Source: Cyanophyceae cyanobacterium (GTDB lineage Bacteria; Cyanobacteriota; Cyanobacteriia; Cyanobacteriales; JBHJGN01). Taken from it: a stretch of DNA of 64,000 bases. The notes under the pieces were generated by a model. It worked only from the letters and a program-made list of their open reading frames with translations, made no database searches and had not been told where the DNA came from. Shown here one piece after another: positions 1 through 10,322 of the stretch. Made by a program: the position numbers and the translations under genes. The DNA is taken from the NCBI GenBank assembly GCA_050331735.1, contig JBHJGN010000022.1:64001-128000 (forward strand), given 5' to 3'. Positions within the stretch are counted from its first letter, which is position 1. Each line of letters begins with the position of its first letter.

Positions 1-36
1 GAAGAAAGCGAAACCATGTCAAAAGCACAGACAAAA

Positions 37-74
37 CTCATACTCCCCGTCCTCAATAGAGCAGGAAGTATGAG
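37..74 (-). terminator. Probable intrinsic terminator of tkt
   Basis: CTCATACT...AGTATGAG stem followed by a T-run on the minus strand, just after the tkt stop. Confidence 0.55.
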
Positions 75-100
75 GTAGGATTTTAGACAGAAGCTAGTCG

Positions 101-2128
101 TTAGCCTAACAACTTTTGAGCTTGGGAGAGGATGTTATCCACCGTAAACCCAAATTGTTCCATGACGACGCTTTGCGGTGCAGAAGCCCCGAAGCGATCA
201 AGACCAATAATAGCACCTTCATCGCTCACGTAGCGACACCAGCCGATAGTAGTTCCGGCTTCAATAGCGATCCGCTTTTTGACTGCTTTAGGAAGGACAC
301 TTTCTTTGTACTCTTCGCCTTGGGCTTCAAAGAGTTCCCAACTAGGCATCGAAACCACCCGGACTTTTTTGCCCTGCGATCGCAGAATGTCGGCGGCTTC
401 CACACAAAGCTGCACTTCCGAGCCAGTACCGATGAGGATGAGCTCAATTTCTTCAGGAGCATTGCCGCAGGAGAGGACGTAGGCTCCTTTGGTGGCATTT
501 TCGATCGAACTGCCCGCTAAATTTGGTAGGTTCTGACGGCTCAGCGCGAGGAGAGTCGGAGCATGACGACGCTCGATGGCGACTTTGTAAGCCCCGGAGG
601 TTTCATTGCCATCGGCAGGACGAATCACAACCAGGTCGGGAATCGCTCTTAAAGTCAGGATTTGCTCGATGGGTTGGTGAGTCGGTCCATCTTCGCCAAC
701 GGCAATGGAATCGTGGGTCATAATCCAGATCACGCCTGCCTGGGAGAGGGCAGATAACCGAATCGGGTTGCGCATGTAGTCGGAGAAGATGAGGAAGGTC
801 GCACCGTAGGGAATAAGGCCAGAATTGTGTAAACTGAGGGCATTACAAATAGCTCCCATGCCGTGTTCGCGGACGCCAAAGCGGAGGTTGCGATTCTCGT
901 AGGCATCTTTTTGAAAGTCTCCAGAAGACTTCAGCAAAGTTTTATTGGACGGAGCTAAGTCGGCAGAACCGCCAATCAGTTCCGGCAACACGCCAGCAAG
1001 GGCATTGAGGACGATTCCAGAGTGGTTGCGGGTTGAATTGCCCTTTTCTTCCGGGGTGTAGCTGGGAAGCACCTTGTCCCACCCTTCCGGTAAGGTACCG
1101 CTGATCATACGCTCGAAGAGAGCCGCCGCTTCGGGATATTCTGACTGATAACGACGAAAGCGCTGGTTCCACTCCTGTTCTGCTTCAGCGCCGCGCTCAA
1201 CGGCTTGGCGGAAGCGAGCGAGCGCGTCTTCCGGAACGTGGAATTCTGGGTAAGACCAGCCCAGGTTCTCGCGAGTCGCTTGCCGTTCTTCATCTCCTAG
1301 CGGCGAACCGTGTACGCCGTGGGTGTTGGCTTTGTTGGGGGAACCGTACCCAATGGTTGTGGTTACTTTAATCAGTGACGGCTTATCGGTGACGGCTTTA
1401 GCAGCCGCAATGGCTTTGGCAATGGCCTCAACATCGGTGTTGCCGTTCTCGACATGCTGAACGTGCCAGCCGTAGGCTTCATAGCGTTTGCCGACATCTT
1501 CCGTAAAGGCGAGATCGGTCGAGCCATCGATGGAGATATGATTATCGTCGTAGAGAGCAATCAGCTTGCCTAACCCGAGGTGTCCGGCTAAAGAACAGGC
1601 TTCGCCGGAAATTCCCTCCATATTGCACCCATCGCCTAAAATCACATAGGTGTAATGGTCTACGAGGGTGACATCCGGTTTATTAAACATCGCGGCTAGG
1701 TGAGCTTCTGCCATTGCTAAACCGACACCGTTGGCAATGCCCTGTCCGAGGGGACCAGTGGTTACTTCAATGCCTTTTGTAATATGATTTTCGGGATGAC
1801 CGGGAGTTTGAGAGCCCCACTGGCGAAACTGCTTGAGGTCTTCGATGCCGACGCTCTCGTACCCGGTTAAATAGAGAAGGGCGTAGTGCAATAAGCAACC
1901 ATGTCCGGCAGACAGCACAAAGCGATCGCGGTTCGCCCACTGAGGATTTTTGGGATTGTACCGCATAAACTGATCCCAAAGCACAAACGCCATTGGAGCC
2001 GCCCCCATCGGCAGACCGGGATGACCAGAGTTAGATTTTTGGACGGCATCAATCGCGAGAAAGCGAATGGAATTGATGCACAATTCATCGATCGATTGAT
2101 TGGTAGTAACTGGGGTAGTAGTGACCAT
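101..2128 (-). CDS. tkt: Transketolase
   Basis: [27 protein letters not shown], ThDP motif [19 protein letters not shown] at 2128 (MVTTTP) preferred over the ORF-track start. Confidence 0.97.
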   Translation of the reverse strand: MVTTTPVTTNQSIDELCINSIRFLAIDAVQKSNSGHPGLPMGAAPMAFVLWDQFMRYNPKNPQWANRDRFVLSAGHGCLLHYALLYLTGYESVGIEDLKQFRQWGSQTPGHPENHITKGIEVTTGPLGQGIANGVGLAMAEAHLAAMFNKPDVTLVDHYTYVILGDGCNMEGISGEACSLAGHLGLGKLIALYDDNHISIDGSTDLAFTEDVGKRYEAYGWHVQHVENGNTDVEAIAKAIAAAKAVTDKPSLIKVTTTIGYGSPNKANTHGVHGSPLGDEERQATRENLGWSYPEFHVPEDALARFRQAVERGAEAEQEWNQRFRRYQSEYPEAAALFERMISGTLPEGWDKVLPSYTPEEKGNSTRNHSGIVLNALAGVLPELIGGSADLAPSNKTLLKSSGDFQKDAYENRNLRFGVREHGMGAICNALSLHNSGLIPYGATFLIFSDYMRNPIRLSALSQAGVIWIMTHDSIAVGEDGPTHQPIEQILTLRAIPDLVVIRPADGNETSGAYKVAIERRHAPTLLALSRQNLPNLAGSSIENATKGAYVLSCGNAPEEIELILIGTGSEVQLCVEAADILRSQGKKVRVVSMPSWELFEAQGEEYKESVLPKAVKKRIAIEAGTTIGWCRYVSDEGAIIGLDRFGASAPQSVVMEQFGFTVDNILSQAQKLLG
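1922..1929. repeat. HIP1 octamer GCGATCGC (representative copy; recurs throughout the window)
   Basis: Also at 2483-2490 and many other sites; hallmark of cyanobacterial genomes. Confidence 0.9.
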
Positions 2129-2559
2129 AGTTTGTGAGTTAATAAGTAATATTGAACACATGAAAGCTCAAAGCTTTCGGTAAATTTTTACTGAGAACTA
2201 AACCATCAATAAAAATCTTTAAGTAAGCGTTTTGTTGCAGGCAAAAATATCCCGGGTAGTTTTTGTACGATCAATTTTGGAAATCTTTCAGACTTCATTC
2301 TCAAAACAGCTTGAGCGAACAATAGGCCCAAATGGATTTCAGCTAGCTAACAGTTAAATTTATTCCAATTCTCTTTGTGAAAACGTTAAAGGCTGTCGTC
2401 AAAAATACTATTTAAGCCCTTGCAAAAGTCTAGTGGCAGTAGCAGCGCCTCAGAGGAACAATTAACAACAACCACAGTGCTAGCGATCGCTATTACATTA
2501 CCTCAACTCATTTTTACTTAGCCATGAAAGTTTGGGAATTTAAGGAAAATGAAAGTTAG

Positions 2560-4200
2560 TTAATCATGAAGTGAAGCTGTCCACTGCACAGCTAGCAGAG
2601 TCATATCGTCAAACTGTTCCGCTTGACCTGTATGAGTAAAAACGCTAGCCGCAATGCGCTCGAGTAAGGCAGCAGCAGAAGCTGTCGGCAGGTTGATTAC
2701 CCCTAGCAGACGCTCTCTGGTGTAGAATGCGCCATTGGCAGCGCGAGCTTCTGGAATGCCATCTGTATAGCCCACTAGGGTTTCTCCTGGCTGGAGAGAA
2801 GAGCTGCGAATTTCAAAAGCTTGACCCGCAAACATGCCCACAGCCGGTCCAGTAGAGTGGAGAGTTTCTCTAACTTGGCCCTGAGCACCCAGAATTGCAA
2901 GAGATTCGTGTCCCCCATTAATGTAGGTCACTGAACCAGTAGCCGGATCTAAGACCCCAAAAAAGAGCGTAGCGAACATGCCTAGGCTACCGTGATGTTC
3001 GGCGATGTAGTCATTCGTGAGAGCAACTGCCTGCAAAGCTCGGCACTGATGCTCTAGAGCGGGAGGAACCGCTACCTCTACGGTACTTCCTTGTTCAGGC
3101 TCCATCGCGTATATCCGAATCAGGCTGCGAAATAGAGCCATAAACAGGGCAGCGCCTACCCCTTTCCCACAAACATCGGCAATGACTAAACCAAGATATC
3201 CGTCTGGAAGCTCGAAAACGTCATAAAAATCTCCGGATACCTGACGAGCCGGTTTAAAGAAAGTAGCAATTTCCCAGCGCTGCTTGTCGAGCAACAGACA
3301 GTTAATCGCCTCAGCAGGAGGCAGAAAATTTTGCTGCATCTGTCTTCCTTCTTGAAGCTCAGCGTCGAGCTTTTCTGAATATTGTTGCAGTTGAGCTAAA
3401 CTTTCCTGAAGAGCCGATTCTGCCAATTTGCGCTTTTGAATAGCTTCTGTAATCCGCTCAAACATTTGCTCAAAGGCAACAATCACGTCTCCCAACTCAT
3501 CATTGCGCTTGAGGGTAGCCGAGCGAAACAGAGGCGGAGCACAGTCTTGGCTGACTGCGACTCCCGCTTTAATCAAGTCTCGTTTTAACTGTAGAACAGG
3601 TTGAATAACAATTGGTTCTAGCGCTAGCCTCAGCGTTAAAGTCGTAACAGCAGCAATAATAGTCACTAAACCAAGAATACGGAGGGCGTAGCTGTAAAGC
3701 TCGCTGTTAATTGATGAAGCATCGTGGCAAAGAACCAGCGTGTAGTCTCCGAGCTGCTGATTCTCTATTTCAATCGGTAGCTCCGAAACTTTCCACGCTT
3801 TGTCATAGCGAGACTCCTGATACAGTTGGCGCTGGTGAGCCCCCTCTAGCTGAGCTAGCAGACGTTCGGGCATCTCCCCAAATTCCCCTACTAATTTTCC
3901 GTCTGGAGTATAAATAGCTCCCCCTAAAATTTGAGGACTCACCTGTTGCAGTTGTTGGAATCGAGCGAGCAATTCTTCAGGAGTCGCCTGCTCCATATCT
4001 TGCAGTACCCAGGTTAATTTTCCTTCGGTCACGCTTCTGATCTGGGAAAGCAGCTCTTGTTTTTTTCGCCCCAGGGAAGGAATCAGCAAAATCCCTTCAA
4101 CGGCAAACAGGCTCATAAACAACAGCAGCACGATCTGCCGAGACAGACGCGATCGCCAAGAAAAGTTAAACGAATTAAAAACTCTGTTTCTGACGGACAT
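2560..4200 (-). CDS. Membrane-bound HAMP + PP2C/SpoIIE Ser/Thr phosphatase (RsbU/IcfG-like)
   Basis: Two TM segments, HAMP (RNDELGD), VSGDFYD, IADVCGKG, YTDGIPEA, FDDMTLL; ATG at 4200, the ORF-track extension is repeat-derived. Confidence 0.9.
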   Translation of the reverse strand: MSVRNRVFNSFNFSWRSRLSRQIVLLLFMSLFAVEGILLIPSLGRKKQELLSQIRSVTEGKLTWVLQDMEQATPEELLARFQQLQQVSPQILGGAIYTPDGKLVGEFGEMPERLLAQLEGAHQRQLYQESRYDKAWKVSELPIEIENQQLGDYTLVLCHDASSINSELYSYALRILGLVTIIAAVTTLTLRLALEPIVIQPVLQLKRDLIKAGVAVSQDCAPPLFRSATLKRNDELGDVIVAFEQMFERITEAIQKRKLAESALQESLAQLQQYSEKLDAELQEGRQMQQNFLPPAEAINCLLLDKQRWEIATFFKPARQVSGDFYDVFELPDGYLGLVIADVCGKGVGAALFMALFRSLIRIYAMEPEQGSTVEVAVPPALEHQCRALQAVALTNDYIAEHHGSLGMFATLFFGVLDPATGSVTYINGGHESLAILGAQGQVRETLHSTGPAVGMFAGQAFEIRSSSLQPGETLVGYTDGIPEARAANGAFYTRERLLGVINLPTASAAALLERIAASVFTHTGQAEQFDDMTLLAVQWTASLHD

Positions 4201-4240
4201 AGTTTTACTAGCCCTAGTATCTAAAGAAGGGAAAGCAACC

Positions 4241-4340
4241 CAGGCGCAGGGAAAAGGGCAAAGGGTAAGGGGGAAGCGCCAGACGCTAACGCGTTTACGC
4301 CGTTCTTCCGCAGGAAGCACGGCGCAGGGAAAAGGGGAAA
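4241..4340. repeat. Heptamer (GGGAAAA/GGGTAAA-type) tract with embedded hairpin element
   Basis: Purine heptamers flank a 32-bp unit also present at 20086-20117. Confidence 0.7.
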
Positions 4341-4381
4341 GGGTAAAGGTAAAAGGGAGAACTTAACAGTTATCAAATTAG

Positions 4382-4906
4382 CTAGTTAGCTTGATCGCTA
4401 ATCACTGTTTCCCCTTTCCCCGTCTCGCAGAGACAGTTTCCCCTTTCCCCGTCCCGTAGGGACAATTTTCCCTTTCCCCGTCCCGTAGGGACAATTTCCC
4501 CATCTCCTAGGGCTTTGACTAAAAGATTGCGGTTTCGCTGGCTGACTCGCTGATATTCCAACCGGTCGAGATTTTGAGTCGCTAAATAAATTCCCAAGCC
4601 GCCAATCGCGCGCTGTTCTAAGGGCTGATCCAGCGTATCTGGTACATACTGAGTCGGATCAAAAGGTGCGCCAGTATCTTCTAGAACAATGGTGAGAGTT
4701 TCTTCAGTCAAGAAGGCTTGGCAAGTAATATTTCCTGTAGCTCCTTGATAGCTGTGCATCACCACATTAGTCGCAATTTCATCGACGGCTAAACGCAGTT
4801 GATAAGCCTTTTTTGGCTCCAATCCAGCTTCTTGGGCCGCCGCTTTGACATACTGGGCGATCGCCCTTAAAGACTCCAGCGTACCACTGACGACCAAAGG
4901 ATTCAT
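4382..4906 (-). CDS. Anti-sigma factor / Ser kinase (RsbW-like HATPase)
   Basis: LAVDEIATNVVMHSY, LEDTGAPFDP, GGLGIYL; C-terminal ~40 aa encoded by repeats. Confidence 0.9.
   Translation of the reverse strand: MNPLVVSGTLESLRAIAQYVKAAAQEAGLEPKKAYQLRLAVDEIATNVVMHSYQGATGNITCQAFLTEETLTIVLEDTGAPFDPTQYVPDTLDQPLEQRAIGGLGIYLATQNLDRLEYQRVSQRNRNLLVKALGDGEIVPTGRGKGKLSLRDGERGNCLCETGKGETVISDQAN
4405..4505. repeat. Three tandem 29-bp units (pyrimidine tract + 5-bp stem/GNA loop hairpin)
   Basis: GTCTC-GCA-GAGAC at 4422; GTCCC-GTA-GGGAC at 4451 and 4480. Confidence 0.85.
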
Positions 4907-5223
4907 AGTACCGCCTCATTCTTGAGAACGATACTGTGATGAAAACCCGTTTGCTTGATCGTGTAGATCACCATTTCCGGCGCGTCCACAATGGTGAGCT
5001 CAACCTGGCTGCCCATTTTCTGCTTAGCGAAAATGAGGACTCGTAAACCAGCAGAAGCCATGTATTCCAAATCTCTCATGATCAAAACTAGGCGTTTTAA
5101 AGAATGGTGTGCCGCTTCCTCAATCTTTTGCTTGAATAGAGGAGCGCCAGCGGCATCGAGTTCTCCTGATAGAGTGATTTCAGCCGTATTGTCAGTGTGT
5201 TTGAGAGTTGCGTTGAAAGACAT
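4903..5223 (-). CDS. STAS-domain anti-sigma factor antagonist
   Basis: LSGELDAAGAP, LEYMASAGLRVL phospho-Ser motif. Confidence 0.9.
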   Translation of the reverse strand: MSFNATLKHTDNTAEITLSGELDAAGAPLFKQKIEEAAHHSLKRLVLIMRDLEYMASAGLRVLIFAKQKMGSQVELTIVDAPEMVIYTIKQTGFHHSIVLKNEAVL

Positions 5224-5272
5224 CGGTAGCTAGGTGTAAACTAACAGAAATTCAAAATTTAGGTCTTCTCCT

Positions 5273-7390
5273 TTAGCGACCAACCAGAATGATCGTCGAG
5301 CGATCGCCCACTAAGATGTTCTGTTGATCGGGCAGTTTTGGTTCGTGTCCCGGGGGCCAACTATCTTCCGGAGGCTGGCAGCCAGTATTGGCAGAGACGT
5401 GCCACTGCAACCCGATTGGCAACTGCGGCAGTTCAAAATTGAGGGCGTGAGCGTACATATTCATCGCCACGTAAATATAATTGTCAGCACTTCCTCCTTG
5501 AGCGTGTTTGCCGTCTAGAAGGAACGCTAAAGTCCGACTAGAGTGGGACCAATCAGCGATCCAGGCTCGGGTTCCATGCCAAGTAATATCGGCATAGCCG
5601 CTTTCGGCGGTATCTCGATTCTGGAAGTGCCAGCGGTTGCGGAGAACTGCATGAGCTTTACGAAAGGCAATGCGGTGCTTGACGAAGCGGAAAAAATCAG
5701 CGTTTTCTTCTAACAGGGTCCAGTCGAGCCAATTCAGTTCGTTGTCGTGGCAATAGGTGTTGTTATTTCCCTGCTGGGAGCGCCCTAGTTCATCGCCCAT
5801 CAGCAGCATCGGGACTCCTTGACTAACCATGAGGATGGCGATCGCATTGCGCCGCTGCCGATTCCGCAGGGCATTAATGTGAGGATCGGTTGTCTCTCCC
5901 TCTACGCCACAGTTCCAGCTATAGTTGTCGTTGGCTCCGTCGTTGTTGTTTTCGCCGTTGGCCTCGTTGTGCTTCTCGCTGTAGGCAAACAGATCGGCCA
6001 GAGTAAAGCCATCGTGGGCCGTGATAAAGTTGATTGAGGTAGCCGGAGGGCGATCAGCGTGGCGATAGAGATCGGGAGACCCCTGCAATCGCTGTGCCAT
6101 ATCTCCTACGTTGCCGTCGCCTTTGAGAAACTGCCGGATGCTGTCGCGGAATTTACCGTTCCATTCTGCCCACCGCCCGTAGCTCGGAAATGAGCCAACC
6201 TGATACAGTCCTCCGGCGTCCCAGGCTTCCGCGATTAGTCGGCACTTTCCTAAAATGGGGTCAAAAGCAAGGGTTTCTAGCAGCGGTGGATTAGCCAGCG
6301 GTGCGCCCCAGGGATCGCGTCCGAGAATAGCAGCAGCATCAAAGCGAAATCCATCGACGTGGTACTCGCTGACCCAGTAGCGCAGGCAGTCTAGCACCAC
6401 ACCGCGCACCACTGGATTATTGCAGTTGAGGGTATTACCACAGCCGCTGAAGTTGTAGTAGTACCCTTCTGGGGTCAGCATGTAGTAAGTGTTGTTGTCA
6501 ATGCCGCGAAAAGAGATGTAGGGACCGCGCTCGTCGCCTTCGGCGGTGTGATTAAACACCACATCCAAAATGACCTCGATGCCGTTTTTGTGCAGCTCTT
6601 TGACCAGAGTTTTGAGCTCATCCATCTGCATTCCCCACCTGCCTGTAGCCGCATAGCCTGCTTTAGGCGCAAAAAAGCCAACGGGGCTGTAGCCCCAGTA
6701 ATTCATAAGCTGTTCCCCGGTGAGGGGGTTGGGACGAGAATGTTCAAACTCGTCAAATTCAAAAATTGGCAGCAACTCTACCGCATTAACTCCCAATTCT
6801 TTGAGGTAGGAAATTTTCTCGCGAACCCCGTCAAAAGTTCCTGGATGTTTGACCTGGGAGGAAGGATGATGAGTGAAGCCCCGCACGTGCATTTCGTAAA
6901 TGATTTGTTCTTCGGGTGAAGTTTCAAGCGGACAATCCCCTTCCCAGTCAAAGTCGTCGATGGCGATTTGGGCCCGATACTGATAATTGTTGTCCCAGTC
7001 TGGAGTAATTCCCCAAATATCCCGACCGCTGATGAGGCGGGCATAGGGATCGAGCAGGATTTTGTCGGAGTCAAATCTCTGACCCTGCTGAGGATGGAAC
7101 AGTCCCTCAAAACGATAGCCGTACTCCAGGTTTTCGTAGTCCAAACCGAAGACAACCATACTGTAAACGTTCCCCATCCGAAACTCTTTGGGGAAAGGCA
7201 GTTCAGCCATCGGTTGAGCAGCGCCCTTCTCGAACAGCACTAAGGTGCAGGCAGTGGCACAGGCCGAAAAAATCGAGAAATTGATTCCATCCGGGACGAG
7301 GGTAGCACCGAATGGAAACGGCTTTCCGGGACGCACCTGAAAGTTACCAAGCTGATGAGTTGAATAAAGATCGATGCGCTCAATTAACAT
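5273..7390 (-). CDS. glgX: Glycogen debranching enzyme (isoamylase, GH13)
   Basis: IYEMHVRGFT, NYWGY, DVVFNHTAEG, DGFRFD, IAEAWD, NFITAHDGFTL. Confidence 0.96.
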   Translation of the reverse strand: MLIERIDLYSTHQLGNFQVRPGKPFPFGATLVPDGINFSIFSACATACTLVLFEKGAAQPMAELPFPKEFRMGNVYSMVVFGLDYENLEYGYRFEGLFHPQQGQRFDSDKILLDPYARLISGRDIWGITPDWDNNYQYRAQIAIDDFDWEGDCPLETSPEEQIIYEMHVRGFTHHPSSQVKHPGTFDGVREKISYLKELGVNAVELLPIFEFDEFEHSRPNPLTGEQLMNYWGYSPVGFFAPKAGYAATGRWGMQMDELKTLVKELHKNGIEVILDVVFNHTAEGDERGPYISFRGIDNNTYYMLTPEGYYYNFSGCGNTLNCNNPVVRGVVLDCLRYWVSEYHVDGFRFDAAAILGRDPWGAPLANPPLLETLAFDPILGKCRLIAEAWDAGGLYQVGSFPSYGRWAEWNGKFRDSIRQFLKGDGNVGDMAQRLQGSPDLYRHADRPPATSINFITAHDGFTLADLFAYSEKHNEANGENNNDGANDNYSWNCGVEGETTDPHINALRNRQRRNAIAILMVSQGVPMLLMGDELGRSQQGNNNTYCHDNELNWLDWTLLEENADFFRFVKHRIAFRKAHAVLRNRWHFQNRDTAESGYADITWHGTRAWIADWSHSSRTLAFLLDGKHAQGGSADNYIYVAMNMYAHALNFELPQLPIGLQWHVSANTGCQPPEDSWPPGHEPKLPDQQNILVGDRSTIILVGR

Positions 7391-7632
7391 AATTAGTTCA
7401 CTATATGGCTATATCAGTAGAAAATGGGGCAGTCGTCAGTCTTGAAAAGGCAGGAGGCAGGGGGCATGAGAAGGCAGGAGGTTGCTCCCTAAAGGGAAGC
7501 GATGAAGAGCAGAAGGCGGGTACAAATTTGAGCCGTTTCTTTTCCCTACTGATTAGCTCTTAGCTTCTTCTGCTCACAAAACACAGAGCCAGGAAAGATG
7601 GCGGCAGTCGCATTGGAGCGAACCTCTTGGCC

Positions 7633-7678
7633 CGTTCCCCGCGCCTGCGGCGCTTTCCCCTTACCCCTTTCCCTTCTC
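7633..7678. repeat. Mini-hairpin/heptamer repeat overlapping the STAS stop
   Basis: GCGCC-TGC-GGCGC at 7641-7653 within a TTCCCC tract. Confidence 0.7.
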
Positions 7679-8005
7679 TTCAAGTGCTGCCATCGCTACG
7701 TCTAGGGTTTCGTAGGTATTGAAGAAATCGAGAAAGCCAACGACCGCCATCGTATCTTGCAGCTCTGAGGAAAGTCCGACTAGAGCAAGATTGACATTGA
7801 GCTTAAGCGCCTGTCGGTGCAGCGAAAGCAGCAGGCGCAAGCCGGAACTAGACATATAATTAACACGGGTAAAATCAAGCATCAGGTTACGTTTGGCCTG
7901 AGTTAGAGGTCCAATTTCTGCTTGAATCTTTGGTGCTGTGTTCGCATCAATTTCTCCCTCTAATTTAACCACCGCAATTTCGGCTTCTTGCAGATAGGCG
8001 TTCAT
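7661..8005 (-). CDS. STAS-domain anti-sigma factor antagonist
   Basis: LEGEIDANTAP, VNYMSSSGLRLL. Confidence 0.9.
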   Translation of the reverse strand: MNAYLQEAEIAVVKLEGEIDANTAPKIQAEIGPLTQAKRNLMLDFTRVNYMSSSGLRLLLSLHRQALKLNVNLALVGLSSELQDTMAVVGFLDFFNTYETLDVAMAALEEKGKG

Positions 8006-8227
8006 TGTTCAAATACTCCGTTGATTTAAGACATCTGTGCGAAGAGACAAGCCTCGACGCGGCAATATTAAGGTTTGAGCCTCAATTAATAGCAATCAGG
8101 GTGAAATAAATGCCTTATGGTCCATCAAAAGCAAGCCCTAGGGTGCTCCAACAACGCAAGGACAAAAACCAAATTTGAGGTTTCGTGTGCATTCGCTCTG
8201 GTTAGCGTTGCTGTCTGGAGCCTGAAA

Positions 8228-8725
8228 CTATCTGTGTTTAGCCTGTTCTTTGCGCTGGGATAAATAATGGTCGTAAGCGACACAAATCCAAGCGCCGATG
8301 ATCATAAAGACGTTTTTATCCCAGTTGGCCTGGTTGTTCGGGAGTAAGCCATCGGGCGGCACTAACCCAAACGCCAAAATAAAGCTGAGCAGCATCAACA
8401 TGATTAGAATTCCGGCCCACTTAACCCAGCGGTTGATCACGAACAAGAACCCGGCAGCTAATTCAACGGGGATGAGCAGGTAGGCGTAAGGATAGGCTAG
8501 CAGAGGAGGCAGAGGGCCGATTCCTTCAAAACCGAATCCCCAAAGTCTTAACTTGCTGCCAGTAACGGTGGCTAGTAAACCGCCCTCCGTGTTGAAGTAC
8601 AGGTAGTTAGCAATCCCGGACAGGATAAAAAACAAGCCAAGAAGAATGCGCATGGTGGCGATCGCAATTCTGACCTGGTCCCACTCTTTTTTCAGACTGA
8701 CTTGATTTTGAGCATCCATCAGCAT
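8228..8725 (-). CDS. DoxX-family membrane protein
   Basis: RILLGLFFILSG, VELAAG, DKN motif, four hydrophobic helices; GGAGG RBS. Confidence 0.7.
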   Translation of the reverse strand: MLMDAQNQVSLKKEWDQVRIAIATMRILLGLFFILSGIANYLYFNTEGGLLATVTGSKLRLWGFGFEGIGPLPPLLAYPYAYLLIPVELAAGFLFVINRWVKWAGILIMLMLLSFILAFGLVPPDGLLPNNQANWDKNVFMIIGAWICVAYDHYLSQRKEQAKHR

Positions 8726-8912
8726 GGGTTAAACCTCCATTTACAGTAGTTAAAACAAGCTGTTAGCTGTTAGCTAAATTAAAAATAGACTTTGTCCATC
8801 TTCTAGTTGCTTTTAGCCGCTTTTAGAGATCAAAAGAGAGATTTTAGCCTCAAAAAGCGCTATGAGCTTGTACCGAAGAGCTGATTGCTAGAGCAATCTG
8901 CCTATCCATCTA

Positions 8913-10322
8913 TTACTCCTCCTCGACATCTTTGAGCTGAAGGAGAGTGGCCAGACCTGTTGCTTGCAGCATTTCATCAAAGGTATCTGGCTGTGCTAAC
9001 TTAAGCGCCAACAAGCCGGTACTCATTAACACCAGAATGGCAACTCCACTTCCAAGCCACTGTCCTACGGCTGTGTTTTTTTTGGCCGTTTGATGATGGT
9101 TGAAGAGTTCATCGGTTAACCACTGGGTTGTGGCTTTGAAGTTGTGTACCGAGTTAGGCAATAGCTCTAGATACGTCCCTTGACGAATCAGGTGACCGAC
9201 CTGACCAGAGACGATCAGGCGGTCAAACAAATTGGCGGCTCCTTCTCCAAGTCCGAGCTTCATTAAAGTTCCCCTCAGATGCACAGAGGCGGGCTTCAGG
9301 GGCTTTCCTTTGGCCAGGGCTGCCAGATTGTGAGCGATCGCCGCTCCCTGCTGATAGGCCACCTGGGCAGTGGCTGGCAGGTGGGCATCGCAATAGGCAC
9401 AGTCTCCTGCCGCGAAGACCTCGGGGAAGTCGGGAAGCTGCAAAGTTGGAGTAACCTGCAACCGTCCAGTGCGATCGCGGCGGTCTTGAGAAACGGGTAG
9501 TTCCTCAATCAGTGGATTGACGGTATTCCCGGCAGTCCAGATGGTGGTTGCACAGGGCAGTTGTTGGCGCTGGCCGTTTTGTTCGTAGGCTACCCACTCC
9601 GGTGAAACGGCTTTCACAGCGGCTTTGAACTCTAACTCTACAGCAACTGTGCGTCTTTGCATTGCTCTAACGGCTGTTTCCCGCAGATGAGAATTGATAT
9701 CTCCTTTGAGAATTTCTTGAGAGCGGTTAAGAATCACAATGCGAATTTCTTGGGCATTGCCGCCCAGTTTGGCGTACCACTGCGGGAGTAAATCGGCAAG
9801 CGTTAGGGCCATTTCTACTCCGGCTGGACCCGCCCCGACAACGGCTACCGTCAGCAAAGCACGTCGCTCGGATTCAGATTGAGTTTGACTAGCCCGCTGT
9901 AGGCAGTTTCGCAGGTGTTGCTTAAGCTGCTGAGCATCCTCACTGCTCCGAAAAGGCATGGAGTGCTCTGCGGCTCCTTCGGTATGGAAGTAGTTAGCAG
10001 TGCTGCCCAGGGCAAGGACCAAGTTGCTGTAGGAATAGCATAAGCCAGAAGCCAGTTTGACTTCATGTTTGGGCAGATCGATTTCTGTTACCCGATCCTG
10101 CACGTAAGCTATCCCGCTACAGGTCAACAGTTCTTCAAATCGGGGAGACACCTGATCCGTCGTCATCTCGACGCTCAGTAACTCGTACAGCAGTGGCTTG
10201 AAGACAAACCGCTCCGCTCGATCGATTAAGATCACGGGTCGAGGATAGCGCCTATGACACAGGTGCAAAGCGGTGAACAACCCAGCAAAGCCTGCTCCTA
10301 AAATCACTGTTGGTTTAGTCAT
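8913..10322 (-). CDS. Type II NAD(P)H dehydrogenase (NDH-2 family)
   Basis: GAGFAG, FKPLLYE, VVGAGPAGVEMA, IWTAG, FAAGD, PATAQVAYQQG; C-terminal TM helix. Confidence 0.88.
   Translation of the reverse strand: MTKPTVILGAGFAGLFTALHLCHRRYPRPVILIDRAERFVFKPLLYELLSVEMTTDQVSPRFEELLTCSGIAYVQDRVTEIDLPKHEVKLASGLCYSYSNLVLALGSTANYFHTEGAAEHSMPFRSSEDAQQLKQHLRNCLQRASQTQSESERRALLTVAVVGAGPAGVEMALTLADLLPQWYAKLGGNAQEIRIVILNRSQEILKGDINSHLRETAVRAMQRRTVAVELEFKAAVKAVSPEWVAYEQNGQRQQLPCATTIWTAGNTVNPLIEELPVSQDRRDRTGRLQVTPTLQLPDFPEVFAAGDCAYCDAHLPATAQVAYQQGAAIAHNLAALAKGKPLKPASVHLRGTLMKLGLGEGAANLFDRLIVSGQVGHLIRQGTYLELLPNSVHNFKATTQWLTDELFNHHQTAKKNTAVGQWLGSGVAILVLMSTGLLALKLAQPDTFDEMLQATGLATLLQLKDVEEE

Noticed and set aside
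4201..4320. N-terminal extension of the PP2C ORF
   Set aside because: Translation of repeat DNA; ATG at 4200 is more plausible
4405..4505. 29-bp tandem repeats as a CRISPR array
   Set aside because: No unique spacers and no cas genes; part of the dispersed hairpin family
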